A stretch of 64,000 bases of DNA from a virus. The translations under genes and the position numbers were made by a program. Under the pieces are notes generated by a model. That model searched no databases. It was not told the DNA's origin and saw only the letters and a program-made list of their open reading frames with translations. Location of the stretch: positions 3,248 through 67,247 of the IMG/VR virus record IMGVR_UViG_3300035698_016083, one strand, 5' to 3'. Positions 27,781 through 38,179 of this stretch are shown piece after piece (position 1 is the stretch's first letter; each line of letters begins with the position of its first letter).

Positions 27781-29403
27781 TTAAAAATCTGGTCCTAATG
27801 GTACTTCTGCGATTGCCCACGGATCATCAAACACATCAGGAACTTCTTTTCTCTCAAGTTCTTTGATGTAATCCTCACCATTATCAATATATCCAAACGC
27901 GGGCATTTCATTTTCTATTTCTAACATTCTATCCTCAAATAGCATTTTACTGAGATCAATATCAGTAAGATCATTAAAGAAATTTGTACCGGCAAAATAC
28001 CCAAGAAGAACAAAATTCATAACTAAATCGTCATGATTACCCTCTGATGCTTCGTATGATGAACCTTTTGCTACAAAGGTTGAAACTTCTAATATAGTAT
28101 TCTCGTCGACAATATTTAGTTTATTTTCTTCAAGTAAATCCTTGAATGACGAACATCCAATTCTCTTAACTTTTTTGCTCATGTTGAGACCTAGAGCAGA
28201 TGCTTTAATTGCGGATTCGACGAACATATTTTCATATTCAAGATCGTAATATAAACCGTTACACACAACTTGCCCAGCGTCATTTGCCTCAATTACAACT
28301 AGACACTCGTTATACATATTCGCATATTTGTATATTAGATTTGGGAACAATAGTGGTGAGATCATATTAGATCTGTATGTGAACACCTGTTGCCACGGTG
28401 AGACGGTGAGATCAATAATGTTGAATGTTGAATAATCGAGACCCCTACCCTTCGCTACGTCAACCATCATTACATAATTATGTTTCTTATCGGGTTCTGC
28501 GTAAACCCTCATTATGTCATCTATAGTATGTAAGGGATCTTGTGCTCTTAATCCCATCAGGGTCATAGCATTAATTAATGTATCACCAGTACCAAAGAAC
28601 GTATTACCAAATTCCTGCTCAAACTGTCTAACGGAGGTGTTAGCAATAGTCTCCTGTTTCCATTCTTCGTCGCGGCCGGGAACGTCCCACCAGTCAACAC
28701 GGAAAGGTACATATGAGCTCGTACCCTGAATAGCCGATTCCCACAATTTCTGAAAGATGTTACCAATACCATTTGCTGTAGATGTAATGATAACCTTAGT
28801 AGATTTACCGGCAGAAATAACAGGATATGTTGATGTGTAGAATGTTGTTGCATCCTCAACGAATGCAAACTCATCTAAGTAAATTAAGTTAGCGGCGAAA
28901 CCACGAACGGAAGATGATGAAGTACCTGCTGATAAAATACGAGAGTTGTTTGAAAATTCTATTGAACCTTTATTAAGAGATTTACACCCGGGTTGTAAGA
29001 AGAATGGGAGATTTTCTAACATCAGTGTAATTCTTGAAATCATCTCCCGCGCGATCAAACCTTTGTTGGCTAGAACCGCAACAGTCTTACTCTCATTAAA
29101 AATAGCATACCATAAAAGATATGCAACAGATGAGATAGATTTTCCACTCTGTCTACATGCAAGAACGATGTTAAATCGATTCTCATTAAAGTTTTTAAAC
29201 ATCTTTTCTTGGTAGGGATATAACTCAAATGGTACCAATCCCTCGTCAAGATTGATAATCATACAATATGTTTTTGCAAAGTACGCAGGATCAGCCATAC
29301 ATTTACCGTATTCTGTAACCTGTTCCATCGTCCATTTTTGTTCAACACCATCGCGCTTTACTTTTATGTTACCGTTATATGAATCCTGATAATTATAATC
29401 CAT
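27781..29403 (-). CDS. gp17: Terminase large subunit gp17
   Basis: RQSGKS, YLDEFAF, STANG, DVAKGRG and HDDLVM. Confidence 0.97.
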   Translation of the reverse strand: MDYNYQDSYNGNIKVKRDGVEQKWTMEQVTEYGKCMADPAYFAKTYCMIINLDEGLVPFELYPYQEKMFKNFNENRFNIVLACRQSGKSISSVAYLLWYAIFNESKTVAVLANKGLIAREMISRITLMLENLPFFLQPGCKSLNKGSIEFSNNSRILSAGTSSSSVRGFAANLIYLDEFAFVEDATTFYTSTYPVISAGKSTKVIITSTANGIGNIFQKLWESAIQGTSSYVPFRVDWWDVPGRDEEWKQETIANTSVRQFEQEFGNTFFGTGDTLINAMTLMGLRAQDPLHTIDDIMRVYAEPDKKHNYVMMVDVAKGRGLDYSTFNIIDLTVSPWQQVFTYRSNMISPLLFPNLIYKYANMYNECLVVIEANDAGQVVCNGLYYDLEYENMFVESAIKASALGLNMSKKVKRIGCSSFKDLLEENKLNIVDENTILEVSTFVAKGSSYEASEGNHDDLVMNFVLLGYFAGTNFFNDLTDIDLSKMLFEDRMLEIENEMPAFGYIDNGEDYIKELERKEVPDVFDDPWAIAEVPLGPDF

Positions 29404-29777
29404 TATGATTCTTCTGGGGTAACATCTATTACTTCCCCTTCTCGTTCAAGCTTGATTTTATTTGCTAAAACGGCTAATAGTTCAGAACTACTCCCGAGAA
29501 AAACTGTATCGTTTTTGGTGTCTTCTATGCCCGGGCGTGATTCGTTTTTAGTCGGGGCGGTAATTTCTTTATATTTTCTGTGCAATTCCATTGATTTATC
29601 ATTGGTATTTGCAAGTGTAGTAAGGAGAGTAGCTAGTGCTTCAATCGATCTGGGGTGTTCTGTAGACACAGCTATTCGCATAGTCAGCTCTAAAGCCTCT
29701 TGTCCCTTTTCTAATAGATCTTGGTATACCTTTCGGGCTTCTTCATAATCTTCTTCTAAATCTTGTTCTTTTTTCAT
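29403..29777 (-). CDS. gp16: Terminase small subunit gp16
   Basis: DYEEAR...LLEKGQEAL...EHPRSIE...VFLGSSSEL; directly upstream of gp17. Confidence 0.85.
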   Translation of the reverse strand: MKKEQDLEEDYEEARKVYQDLLEKGQEALELTMRIAVSTEHPRSIEALATLLTTLANTNDKSMELHRKYKEITAPTKNESRPGIEDTKNDTVFLGSSSELLAVLANKIKLEREGEVIDVTPEES

Positions 29778-29784
29778 ATCATTT

Positions 29785-30552
29785 CTATTCTATAAAATGT
29801 GTCCAAGTATCATTAAAGCCATAATCTGAATCTGGTCCTACACCTGGTGGTGTGGGTTCAACTTCTAGTCTACTGACATGACCATCAGAATCGGCGTTCT
29901 GTAAGTAAAAATCAACGATTGCTTTATTAATAATTGCTGTTTCTAATATCGGTCCGTAAAAGCCTACTTTCATTTCAAATTCCATTGTATATACAATTGT
30001 TCTTCTATTCTCCATATCACCTTCAAAATCGTCATTAAACGTTACGGATTGTAACGTTAACGGTACATCTTCAGAGAGATTAGGATATTCAGGAATTGGG
30101 ATAATACTAACACTATACGCGGGTGGGAAATACGGAATGATTTGCTCTACTACCTGTAATGCATCGTCCTGTGTTTTTGTATAAATGTTTAATGCAAAGT
30201 TTACAATATACGGAACACCAGGATAAACCCTATTACTTGATGTAGGAACATCAGTAGGTTGTTTAAATGTATTTTGATTTTGTAGCTGTCTAACTGAATC
30301 GTATGCTATATTTGTGATTTCAAATGACATTCTTGGAAGCTTAATAGCTACCTGTGTATCTTCTTCAAGATCTGGATGTTCTCTGATTCTTTCAAGAAAT
30401 TTTCTTTTAGCGCCATATGATAAAGGCACCTTTACTTGACTGATTACTTCACCAGCTGCATTTTTTCTTATGATGTGAATGTTATTGAATAATGCGCCAA
30501 AGGTTGACACAGATTTCATTATTCTACCGTGATAAAAGTGACCACTAAACAT
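29785..30552 (-). CDS. gp15: Tail sheath stabiliser/terminator gp15
   Basis: HFYH...FGALFNNI...KVPLSYG...LPRMSFE...QVVEQIIPYFPP. Confidence 0.93.
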   Translation of the reverse strand: MFSGHFYHGRIMKSVSTFGALFNNIHIIRKNAAGEVISQVKVPLSYGAKRKFLERIREHPDLEEDTQVAIKLPRMSFEITNIAYDSVRQLQNQNTFKQPTDVPTSSNRVYPGVPYIVNFALNIYTKTQDDALQVVEQIIPYFPPAYSVSIIPIPEYPNLSEDVPLTLQSVTFNDDFEGDMENRRTIVYTMEFEMKVGFYGPILETAIINKAIVDFYLQNADSDGHVSRLEVEPTPPGVGPDSDYGFNDTWTHFIE

Positions 30553-31427
30553 TAGTTATTCTCCGGTTCACCAAATGGATTTGACTCAGACCAATCTAAC
30601 AATGTAGATGCTTGATCTTTAAAGTCTTCATTTTGGGAGTTTACTTGTGCAAGTTCATCGTCAACCGAAATTATGGTTCTTGTAATTAATGATTCGGATG
30701 CTGTGATACTACCTGCTATAAATTTATGATAAAGTCCATCGTCAGCGCCAATGTGTGCTAATTTAAGAATATTATCTGAATCGTTGTAATACGTAATCTT
30801 ACCAGTAATAATAACACCGCCAGCTAATGATTGTGATACATTTTCACCAATGATAAAGTCTGCTCCGTCTGAATCTGCAAGATTAAGTACTAACTCATAT
30901 CCGCCCCGTTCAATGCTATCGATTTCAACAATACCTGTATCAAGATTCTCGTCGTTATATTCGAACAATTCACATTTAAGTTTATATGTCGGTAGATCAG
31001 ATATTTTGAAGAACGGTTGCTCGTGTTCTACGTGCATAATCTCAAACATAGAACCTGATAATGGGAGATATAAAAGATCACCCTCGTACGGTCGCGTGCC
31101 CGTGATTTCATTATCATTACTTCTAACTGTCTGTAGCCATCTTTTTCTAGAAACAATCATCGTTACTTGGTCGCGGATTTCCACTCCCCATTTAGCATAG
31201 ACGTCTCCACCCTCGAATCCCTGTGGATTCTCAATATACATTTCTATTTTATGAGAGGAATTAAATGAGGAAGGTACGTCATCTCCAAATACTCGATTTT
31301 CGTTCACTATATCTCTCGGAAGATAATAAACATCTTGTCCATACAATTTTAGAGACTCTATGATAAGATCTTCATATAGATTCTGTTCGGATTTAACATT
31401 ATCCGAGAAATAAAGGTTTCTAGCCAT
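30552..31427 (-). CDS. gp14: Neck protein gp14
   Basis: EQNLYEDLIIESLKLYGQDVYYLPR, RPYEGDLLY and SESNPFGE. Confidence 0.95.
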   Translation of the reverse strand: MARNLYFSDNVKSEQNLYEDLIIESLKLYGQDVYYLPRDIVNENRVFGDDVPSSFNSSHKIEMYIENPQGFEGGDVYAKWGVEIRDQVTMIVSRKRWLQTVRSNDNEITGTRPYEGDLLYLPLSGSMFEIMHVEHEQPFFKISDLPTYKLKCELFEYNDENLDTGIVEIDSIERGGYELVLNLADSDGADFIIGENVSQSLAGGVIITGKITYYNDSDNILKLAHIGADDGLYHKFIAGSITASESLITRTIISVDDELAQVNSQNEDFKDQASTLLDWSESNPFGEPENN

Positions 31428-31430
31428 AAT

Positions 31431-32186
31431 TTATCCTACGTAAAATTCAGCAGGCATTTCGTGTTCATCCCTAAGATCTTGTTTAAGTTCTTTGAGTTTA
31501 ACATCAGCCTCATCATATATAAATTGCCCGTTAATAACCACACCACCAGGAAGTTCCATATTACCAAACTTTTTCATATTTTGTCCCCATTGTCTTTTTA
31601 TCAATTGTGTAGTGTATTCTTTTAACCATCTATCGTTATAAATTTTGGTGTAAGTTTCAGGATCTACAATTTGATACGTTTCAGCAACTAACCAATCACC
31701 TTCCTTAACATTTTGATCTGCGAAATCACCATGTAAATAAAGTCTATTTTGAGAATTCGAGAATGTTATTTGTGGCGTACCGTTTAATTTCATATCAAGA
31801 AGTGACATGTATTGTTGCATCTGCTCATAATAAGCAAAATCGCCCATGAAAGTGTTCATGTGGGCAAAATCCTGAAGTCTCATTTGATATTGAATGCTAA
31901 ACATACCAGTTCCTGAAGATCCGCCGTCAGTTAATGGGAACAATTTTGTCACATATAGAACTGAATCGTTGAGAGGAATCCATTCATTTGTTACATCATC
32001 AGCAGTTACTAAATGCTTAAGGTATGTTCGCGCTGTGCCGTCATAATGGAATTCTTGAAATAATTCTAAAGCTTCGTCAACTCTATCGTCTACCTGGTCT
32101 TGGTCGACGTTAATCTCCATAACGGGTGCGCCTAATTCTCTTAAGCAATATTCTATTAGTGTTTCTCTTGAATTTGGATGTGCCAT
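31431..32186 (-). CDS. gp13: Neck protein gp13
   Basis: YCLRELGAPVMEINV, YNDRWLKEY and KRQWGQN..KF...LPGG; TATAAATA at 32205-32212. Confidence 0.95.
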   Translation of the reverse strand: MAHPNSRETLIEYCLRELGAPVMEINVDQDQVDDRVDEALELFQEFHYDGTARTYLKHLVTADDVTNEWIPLNDSVLYVTKLFPLTDGGSSGTGMFSIQYQMRLQDFAHMNTFMGDFAYYEQMQQYMSLLDMKLNGTPQITFSNSQNRLYLHGDFADQNVKEGDWLVAETYQIVDPETYTKIYNDRWLKEYTTQLIKRQWGQNMKKFGNMELPGGVVINGQFIYDEADVKLKELKQDLRDEHEMPAEFYVG

Positions 32187-32224
32187 GTTAATCCTTGTTT
32201 ATTCTATTTATACCAAATCACATC

Positions 32225-32962
32225 TTATGTTAGGTATATATCATCAAGATCAAAAATACCGTCTCTTCGTCCACCGGAATCTCTGCTTAGTGTGTATACA
32301 CTAAAAAGTCCACCCACCGTTGCATCTGGAGAGCTTAAGTCAAGGCTTGACTTGGGGATATCCCCAGCTTTTCTAAAATTGGCTTGTCCGCCTCTACCCG
32401 CTATGCTAGCGGTTAAAATGAAATTGTCACTGGAATCCCAGAATAAGGCATCGCTGTTCCAGTTTCCTGGATTTTGCGTACTCCCGTCGAACTGAGCGGC
32501 GGCATAATACCCCTCATTAGAATCTAATGTTATTAGGGTTAACGTAGAAACGGCATTAGCTGAGTTGGTGACGTCCTGAAAGGAACCAAACGTGGCAGTT
32601 GCATTTCTGAATGTAGATAACACGAAGGCAGCACCGCCACCAAATCCTGTAATATCTACATCGACCGTTCCGGTATCTTGACCTGTCCCCGTCCACGTCA
32701 CGTGTGTACATGACGAGTTAACGAACGATCCATTTCTTCGGGAAGCGAGCGTAAAACCTGTTGGAGCTGTCGGTTGACCGGCAGCACTGTTTTCTAGCAC
32801 AGTGCTGAGGATCATGAGGTCTTCCTTACGAGTTCCAGCCGGTAAAGATACATTTACCGTAGCGCTGGCCGTGTTTGTATCGGCATAGGTACTTCCGATG
32901 TACTCAATCTGTGGAAGATCCTTCACATTGTTGATCTTACCTATGAAATTCCCCTGTAACAT
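32225..32962 (-). CDS. Putative virion structural protein
   Basis: S/T/G-rich; last gene of the fibre operon. Confidence 0.55.
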   Translation of the reverse strand: MLQGNFIGKINNVKDLPQIEYIGSTYADTNTASATVNVSLPAGTRKEDLMILSTVLENSAAGQPTAPTGFTLASRRNGSFVNSSCTHVTWTGTGQDTGTVDVDITGFGGGAAFVLSTFRNATATFGSFQDVTNSANAVSTLTLITLDSNEGYYAAAQFDGSTQNPGNWNSDALFWDSSDNFILTASIAGRGGQANFRKAGDIPKSSLDLSSPDATVGGLFSVYTLSRDSGGRRDGIFDLDDIYLT

Positions 32963-33318
32963 TAAGAGATTTCCTCATATGAGCAAATACCCTCTAGAGA
33001 AGAAGCAACTGAAGCTGTAAGCCTAAGAGTGTCGCTCTCTTCTAAGTATATTGGATTATTTTTGGTGATAACGTTCAACGTCGATCCCGGTGAGACGCTT
33101 ACACTTTTGACCACCCTATAAGCGGTCGCAGATCTATAAATATCCACCGTGACATCGGCAGAACTGGTGGTAATGTTTGAAATTAACAGTGTTCCTACTT
33201 TAAGTACCTTTCCTGATGCCGCGCTGTTTGTTGTAATTGCCGTAGCAGTTACACCTATCGCCTGAACATCGGTTTTACCTAAAATAGTGGTTACGTTTAC
33301 AATATTTGGTGCTGCCAT
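32962..33318 (-). CDS. Conserved small virion protein (MAAPNIVNV...YLEE.D...SYEEIS type)
   Basis: Recognisable family that usually follows genes ending in KAIAMAIVFG. Confidence 0.7.
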   Translation of the reverse strand: MAAPNIVNVTTILGKTDVQAIGVTATAITTNSAASGKVLKVGTLLISNITTSSADVTVDIYRSATAYRVVKSVSVSPGSTLNVITKNNPIYLEESDTLRLTASVASSLEGICSYEEIS

Positions 33319-33330
33319 TTTATTTTCCTA

Positions 33331-33897
33331 TTATCCGAATACAATGGCCATTGCAATGGCCTTTCCTGTTGTGACTCCACCACCTTGAAGTCCTTGAATT
33401 CCTTGAGGAATTCCGAAGTTAAAAATTGCAGACTCGGTGGTGCCTACATTAACGACAGTTGCGGTGGCGTCAGAGTCGAGACTTGTTACTGTTCCGACCG
33501 CTATTTCTCCACCATCACCTTTAAGTCCCCTAATTCCTTGTGCAAGACCAAAGTCGAATGTGGCTGAATCGGTTGTTCCGGTGTTATTGACGGTTGGTGT
33601 TGAACTAGAATCGAGGCCGGTGACTATTCCTACTTGAATAGTTGCAGCAAGACCCTTAGGAATCCCGAAGTCGAAAATCGCCGCAGCGGCCGTGCCTATA
33701 TTGGTGACGCTGGCATCCGAATCCGGCGCAAGCGTGGTTACAGTTCCTACAGCGATCGTCGCGGCATCACCCTTTGGCGCGGCAGTGAAACCCGTAATAT
33801 TCCAGACCTGCTTTGCAGCTGAATATGTATATGTTAGATCCCCAAAGGTATATTCTTGGGCGTCTGAAGGTGAACCTGGAAAATTTAGTACTGCCAT
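33331..33897 (-). CDS. Fibre-associated protein with three ~40-aa repeats
   Basis: Three copies of (I.VG.VT.L.DS..A.V.N.GT...A.F.FG..G); C-terminal GKAIAMAIVFG. Confidence 0.75.
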   Translation of the reverse strand: MAVLNFPGSPSDAQEYTFGDLTYTYSAAKQVWNITGFTAAPKGDAATIAVGTVTTLAPDSDASVTNIGTAAAAIFDFGIPKGLAATIQVGIVTGLDSSSTPTVNNTGTTDSATFDFGLAQGIRGLKGDGGEIAVGTVTSLDSDATATVVNVGTTESAIFNFGIPQGIQGLQGGGVTTGKAIAMAIVFG

Positions 33898-33899
33898 TT

Positions 33900-34598
33900 T
33901 TAGACTCCTGCGCCATGGATCGTTTTAAGAGTGGATCCCGCCGAATTTTTTATAAGAAGGGTTGAGAGGGTTTTTAATTGGACGGAAGATACGGCGTCGT
34001 TTCCGATCTTTCCTTCCGTCACGGATAAATCTATTAATTGTATGGTTCCTACCGAGGCATTCGCCATGTGAACTTCTTCCACCGAGGAATCCGCGAGTCC
34101 TCCACCGCCTGGTACTGCCCCTACCCACTGAGATGTATCAGAGTCAGTGTAATAAATATATAAGAAACCGTCAGCTTTACTCCACCACTGGTCTGCGTGT
34201 GTTGGGGAAGCTGGAGGACCCTCCGAAATAGTAACGCCACCACTGCTCCCGGTAGATGATATGACACCAGTTCCAGAGTCATATGCAATACCCGTTCCGG
34301 CTGAAAGGTGAGTTCTTACCTCCGCTGGGGATGGTCCTGTATAAGATATTACACCAGTAGAAGCGCTATACGTTAGAGAACCGTCACCACCAGTATTGGT
34401 CACGGATACGCTAGACCTAGCGGCGGATACGGTACCGCCTGAATCTAAAAACTTGACTATAGCATTCGAGGAATTCTTATAATGAATAACACCGTCTTCG
34501 TAATTGAGTGCTAATTCGCCATACTCAAGGTCACCAACTAAAGGGACTTTCGCCGCTACAGAGGATTTCTTAAGTATAATTTTTGCGTTAGTGACCAT
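33900..34598 (-). CDS. Tail fibre-like protein
   Basis: KKSSVAAKVP...YGELALNY.DG N-terminal module, YSASTGVISY repeats, WW....G.LYIYY.D...QWV module. Confidence 0.7.
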   Translation of the reverse strand: MVTNAKIILKKSSVAAKVPLVGDLEYGELALNYEDGVIHYKNSSNAIVKFLDSGGTVSAARSSVSVTNTGGDGSLTYSASTGVISYTGPSPAEVRTHLSAGTGIAYDSGTGVISSTGSSGGVTISEGPPASPTHADQWWSKADGFLYIYYTDSDTSQWVGAVPGGGGLADSSVEEVHMANASVGTIQLIDLSVTEGKIGNDAVSSVQLKTLSTLLIKNSAGSTLKTIHGAGV

Positions 34599-34692
34599 TA
34601 TAGATTCCTTAGAAAAGGTAGTTTTTTACCCTATAAGATAAAAATCTTAGTTTTAGGGGGTAAAAATGGTTGTTTTTATCTTAAAAGATAAA

Positions 34693-36690
34693 TTAGTATG
34701 TTCCGCCGTCGATGTTATATATGGTAGCTAGACCCGCGGTAAGTGTGAACTGATCAGAGTCAAAGTTTGCTACACCCGGATTAGCAGTGGTTGCAAGTTC
34801 AGCAGATACAGTGAATGTATTTGAACCGTCATCGTAAACTAGATCGATAGCTTCGCCCGCTAGGAACAGTGAATTGATTCTATCATCTACACGTTCGTCT
34901 GTGAAGAATAGATTTGTAACTTCTGAAAAGTCTGAAGTGTCTAGAGTAACTGATCCACCAAGTGCTGTAGCATTACCGTTTATTGTAATTGAATCATTGG
35001 CAAGTTTTGCGTTTGCAATAGAACCTGCAAGCATAGCGTTGGTAATACCAACCGCTTTTACTCGAAGTATATCACCTGAGATCTCAATAGATGAATCATC
35101 AACTCTTACTGAGAGTGTATTACCTGTTTTTAGAAGTCCGTCACCATCAGTGAATGATCCAGCACCAGAGAACTGAGCAACCGGAAGAGGTGTTGTTTCT
35201 AGTGTAGGTATACCATCGTGCGTGAAGACAAATCCTTGATCAGCGTTTTCTGTACCTTCTTCGACGAATACAAATGTACCACCGGTTAATTCTTCGGCTG
35301 TATCTGCATCGGTTGAACGTGATGCTGCGCCTGAAGCAACAACAATATATATACCATTTTCTTCTGCAGCAGACTGATCTTTAAGTAGAACCCTATCACC
35401 AGTAACAAGTGTTACACTGTCAAGTGAATCGCCATTCTCTAATCCGTTAGCTAGAGAAACGTTAGAACCTGTAGAGGCTAATCTTACTGATCCTTTAACA
35501 TCAAGTCCAGAGGTTGTAGCATCAACATATTCTTTTGTAACAAGTGAGTTGGCTGTAAATCCTGCTCTGTCTTTATATGACGCAGGAACTGTAACCGTAC
35601 CTGTACCGTTAGGTGAGAGTGATAAATCACCATTACCATTGGTTGTTGAAATATCATTTCCGTCGATAGTAATATTATCAACGTCTACTGATGTTAGACC
35701 GTTAAGATCTGTTATTGTAGCGCCAAGAGCAACTGCATCTGTACCAATTGTGATATCATCATTAACAAGTTGTGCGTTGGATACACCAAGCGCTTTAATT
35801 GTAACTGCACCCGAGGCTACAGCAAAGTCGGCAGTTGCAAAGGATGCAATACCCTTAGCTGAAATCGTTGCATCATCAACAGATATAGCAAGTTGATTAT
35901 TTGTAATTGCTGTTTGAACAGGATCTGTACCAACGAAGGTAAGAGTATCTGTTCCAACTATAACATCATCTGTACCCGTATCACCAGCTAATGAAAGAGT
36001 GGATGAAATTGAGGCTGTTGTAGCATTGGTAATTCTACCTTGCTGATCAATTGTAATAACTGGAATCGCAGTAGATGAACCATACGCTGCAGGTGTTACT
36101 CCGGTGTCGTCAAGATCAATAGTAATACCTACGCCCGAGGCGACAGTGCTAATACCAGTTAGACCCGTAATAGTAAGATCTGAGTTAGCTAAATCAACAG
36201 AACCTGAACCTGTATCACCAGCTGTATTTAGTACTGGCGAGGAACCTGTTGCAGTATCAACATACTGTTTTGTAGCTGCATCTTGTGGGTCTGAAGGATC
36301 TACAACATTTGTAATGACCGAGGTCGAAGCATTAATAACACCAGAACCATCTGGTGATAGAATTAAATCCCCATCAGTGTCGGTCGTTGAAATTGTATTA
36401 CCATTAATGTCGATATTATCAACAATTAAATGATCAATTTTAGAAGATGCATCGACTATAATTGCAGACGATGCAGTTAATACACCAGCTGTATGATCCA
36501 GCATATTTGTAAAAATCTCACCGCCTATGACTACGTGATTCGCTGCGTCTTCAGCGGTTTCCGTACCCATACCAACGTATAGTCTTTGTCCCCCAGCGCC
36601 AACTAGAGAGGAATAAGCCATCTCTCCCTGACGTAAAGTGGCTGGGTTACCTGTAACCGCCGACCTCTTTATTCTAATTATTGCTGCCAT
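34693..36690 (-). CDS. Tail fibre protein
   Basis: IRIKRS...GEMAYS N-terminus, DAATKQYVD, GLDVKGSVR...DRVLLKDQ..AEENGIY module, IDGGTY end. Confidence 0.8.
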   Translation of the reverse strand: MAAIIRIKRSAVTGNPATLRQGEMAYSSLVGAGGQRLYVGMGTETAEDAANHVVIGGEIFTNMLDHTAGVLTASSAIIVDASSKIDHLIVDNIDINGNTISTTDTDGDLILSPDGSGVINASTSVITNVVDPSDPQDAATKQYVDTATGSSPVLNTAGDTGSGSVDLANSDLTITGLTGISTVASGVGITIDLDDTGVTPAAYGSSTAIPVITIDQQGRITNATTASISSTLSLAGDTGTDDVIVGTDTLTFVGTDPVQTAITNNQLAISVDDATISAKGIASFATADFAVASGAVTIKALGVSNAQLVNDDITIGTDAVALGATITDLNGLTSVDVDNITIDGNDISTTNGNGDLSLSPNGTGTVTVPASYKDRAGFTANSLVTKEYVDATTSGLDVKGSVRLASTGSNVSLANGLENGDSLDSVTLVTGDRVLLKDQSAAEENGIYIVVASGAASRSTDADTAEELTGGTFVFVEEGTENADQGFVFTHDGIPTLETTPLPVAQFSGAGSFTDGDGLLKTGNTLSVRVDDSSIEISGDILRVKAVGITNAMLAGSIANAKLANDSITINGNATALGGSVTLDTSDFSEVTNLFFTDERVDDRINSLFLAGEAIDLVYDDGSNTFTVSAELATTANPGVANFDSDQFTLTAGLATIYNIDGGTY

Positions 36691-36950
36691 TAGTATTGGC
36701 CTCCGGTTATATTTTGTTTATCAAGTGTCAATTGAGACACCCATTTTTTGGTAGAATCATTGAAGACCAACACGCTCCCATCAATTAGGGATTGGGAATT
36801 TACATCTGTCAAATTGTTTAATTCGCCTGAGCTCCCATCAATAATTCTGACTGGTGACCCAACTCTGATCTCTTTTACTTGGGTTGTATTACCAACCTTA
36901 ATTACTGTTTTCGACTGTCGCGAGCCGTTATCGATTCTAATGGCCATCAT
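36690..36950 (-). CDS. Small fibre-associated protein
   Basis: LNNLTDV...DGSVLVFN....KWV...ITGGQY. Confidence 0.65.
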   Translation of the reverse strand: MMAIRIDNGSRQSKTVIKVGNTTQVKEIRVGSPVRIIDGSSGELNNLTDVNSQSLIDGSVLVFNDSTKKWVSQLTLDKQNITGGQY

Positions 36951-37065
36951 AAATCCTTATTCTAAAGATTTCGATATAACCTGTTATGATTCTCTTTATG
37001 ATAGTTACTTTTCCAGTTCTTATTAGAATCCTACTTTTGGAACTGGCGTTAAAATCTATCATAGT

Positions 37066-37419
37066 CTATCTTGTTATTTGTGGAGTAACTTCTAGTTTCC
37101 CCTCTAGAATTCTCTCAATTATTGTATTCGCATCACTGTCAACATAAGACAATTCAATGTCATAAAGATATCTACCGGCTTTCATTCCTCCAGTGGTAAG
37201 GTTGTCTAGCGATATAATCACTTTACCGTCTATAGTTGGGGTATCAATAACAGTGACAAATGATGTAGCATCGGAATCTACCGTTGTATAATTCTTTCTA
37301 ATCATCCCAGTAATAGTATGTCCCGCAAGTTCTTTTTTTGAACCGTTCTTATCCGTAAGATAGAGCTCTAGAGATGCATCTGACCCCTGGTCGACTATAA
37401 GATCTTCATATTGTGCCAT
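37066..37419 (-). CDS. Conserved virion structural protein
   Basis: LIVDQGSD...IRKNY...AGRYLYDIEL...RILEG.LEVTP; TATAAATA at 37443-37450. Confidence 0.75.
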   Translation of the reverse strand: MAQYEDLIVDQGSDASLELYLTDKNGSKKELAGHTITGMIRKNYTTVDSDATSFVTVIDTPTIDGKVIISLDNLTTGGMKAGRYLYDIELSYVDSDANTIIERILEGKLEVTPQITR

Positions 37420-37453
37420 TTTTTGTCCTTAAAGCTTTTTATTATTTATATGA

Positions 37454-38179
37454 TTATTCGTCTACAAAATACTTATAATCTTCCCAATTATGAGGTTTAT
37501 TTAAAGAATTTGTAAAATGAATGAACTTAATATCGGGATGGAATTCCCCATCCATATAAAGATAGTCATTCCCTGTTTTTTCTTTATATAATTTGGTTAT
37601 TTCATATTGCCAATCCTCATATGAGCCGCCCTCATATCTCAAAGGTCTTTCTACAACATCTGGTGTTGCCCATCTCGTGAACCAAGAATTAGGTAGAATT
37701 ATCAATTCCATATTAGCATCTTTAACACCCATTTCTACAAAATGCTGTTCGCCGTTAACGGGTCCAGCTGTGGTGCCATCTTTTATAAATTTTTGCTGCC
37801 ACATTTTTGGATTAGATACAAAAATGTTATAGAGATAATTCATATCACTTGGATAATATTTAAAAAATCCGCCATTAATTTTCCATTGATCGGCACCTAA
37901 TCTACGCCACCAACCTGGCATTGCTAAAAATTGACCCCGGTTTATAGGATAATCAAAAATCTCTTTATAGTTACCGGTTAGAATAATATCAATATCCATT
38001 ACAACAACAGGTTCATCTATGTCCATTCCCATGACCTGCATTTTATTCCATTGAAGAGCAACCCCTTTCATGAATGGTTTTCTTATCCAAACAAAATCAT
38101 ATTCAGGTAACTTTCGTTCAAGATACTCCTCATATTCTGGACCGTATTTTTCACCTATTCTTACACAAAATATTTTCAA
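37454..38179 (-). CDS. GT-A fold glycosyltransferase-like protein
   Basis: CVRIGEKYG, WNKM, VVMDID (DxD), NGGF, GEQ and IHF...KP. Confidence 0.75.
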   Translation of the reverse strand: MKIFCVRIGEKYGPEYEEYLERKLPEYDFVWIRKPFMKGVALQWNKMQVMGMDIDEPVVVMDIDIILTGNYKEIFDYPINRGQFLAMPGWWRRLGADQWKINGGFFKYYPSDMNYLYNIFVSNPKMWQQKFIKDGTTAGPVNGEQHFVEMGVKDANMELIILPNSWFTRWATPDVVERPLRYEGGSYEDWQYEITKLYKEKTGNDYLYMDGEFHPDIKFIHFTNSLNKPHNWEDYKYFVDE

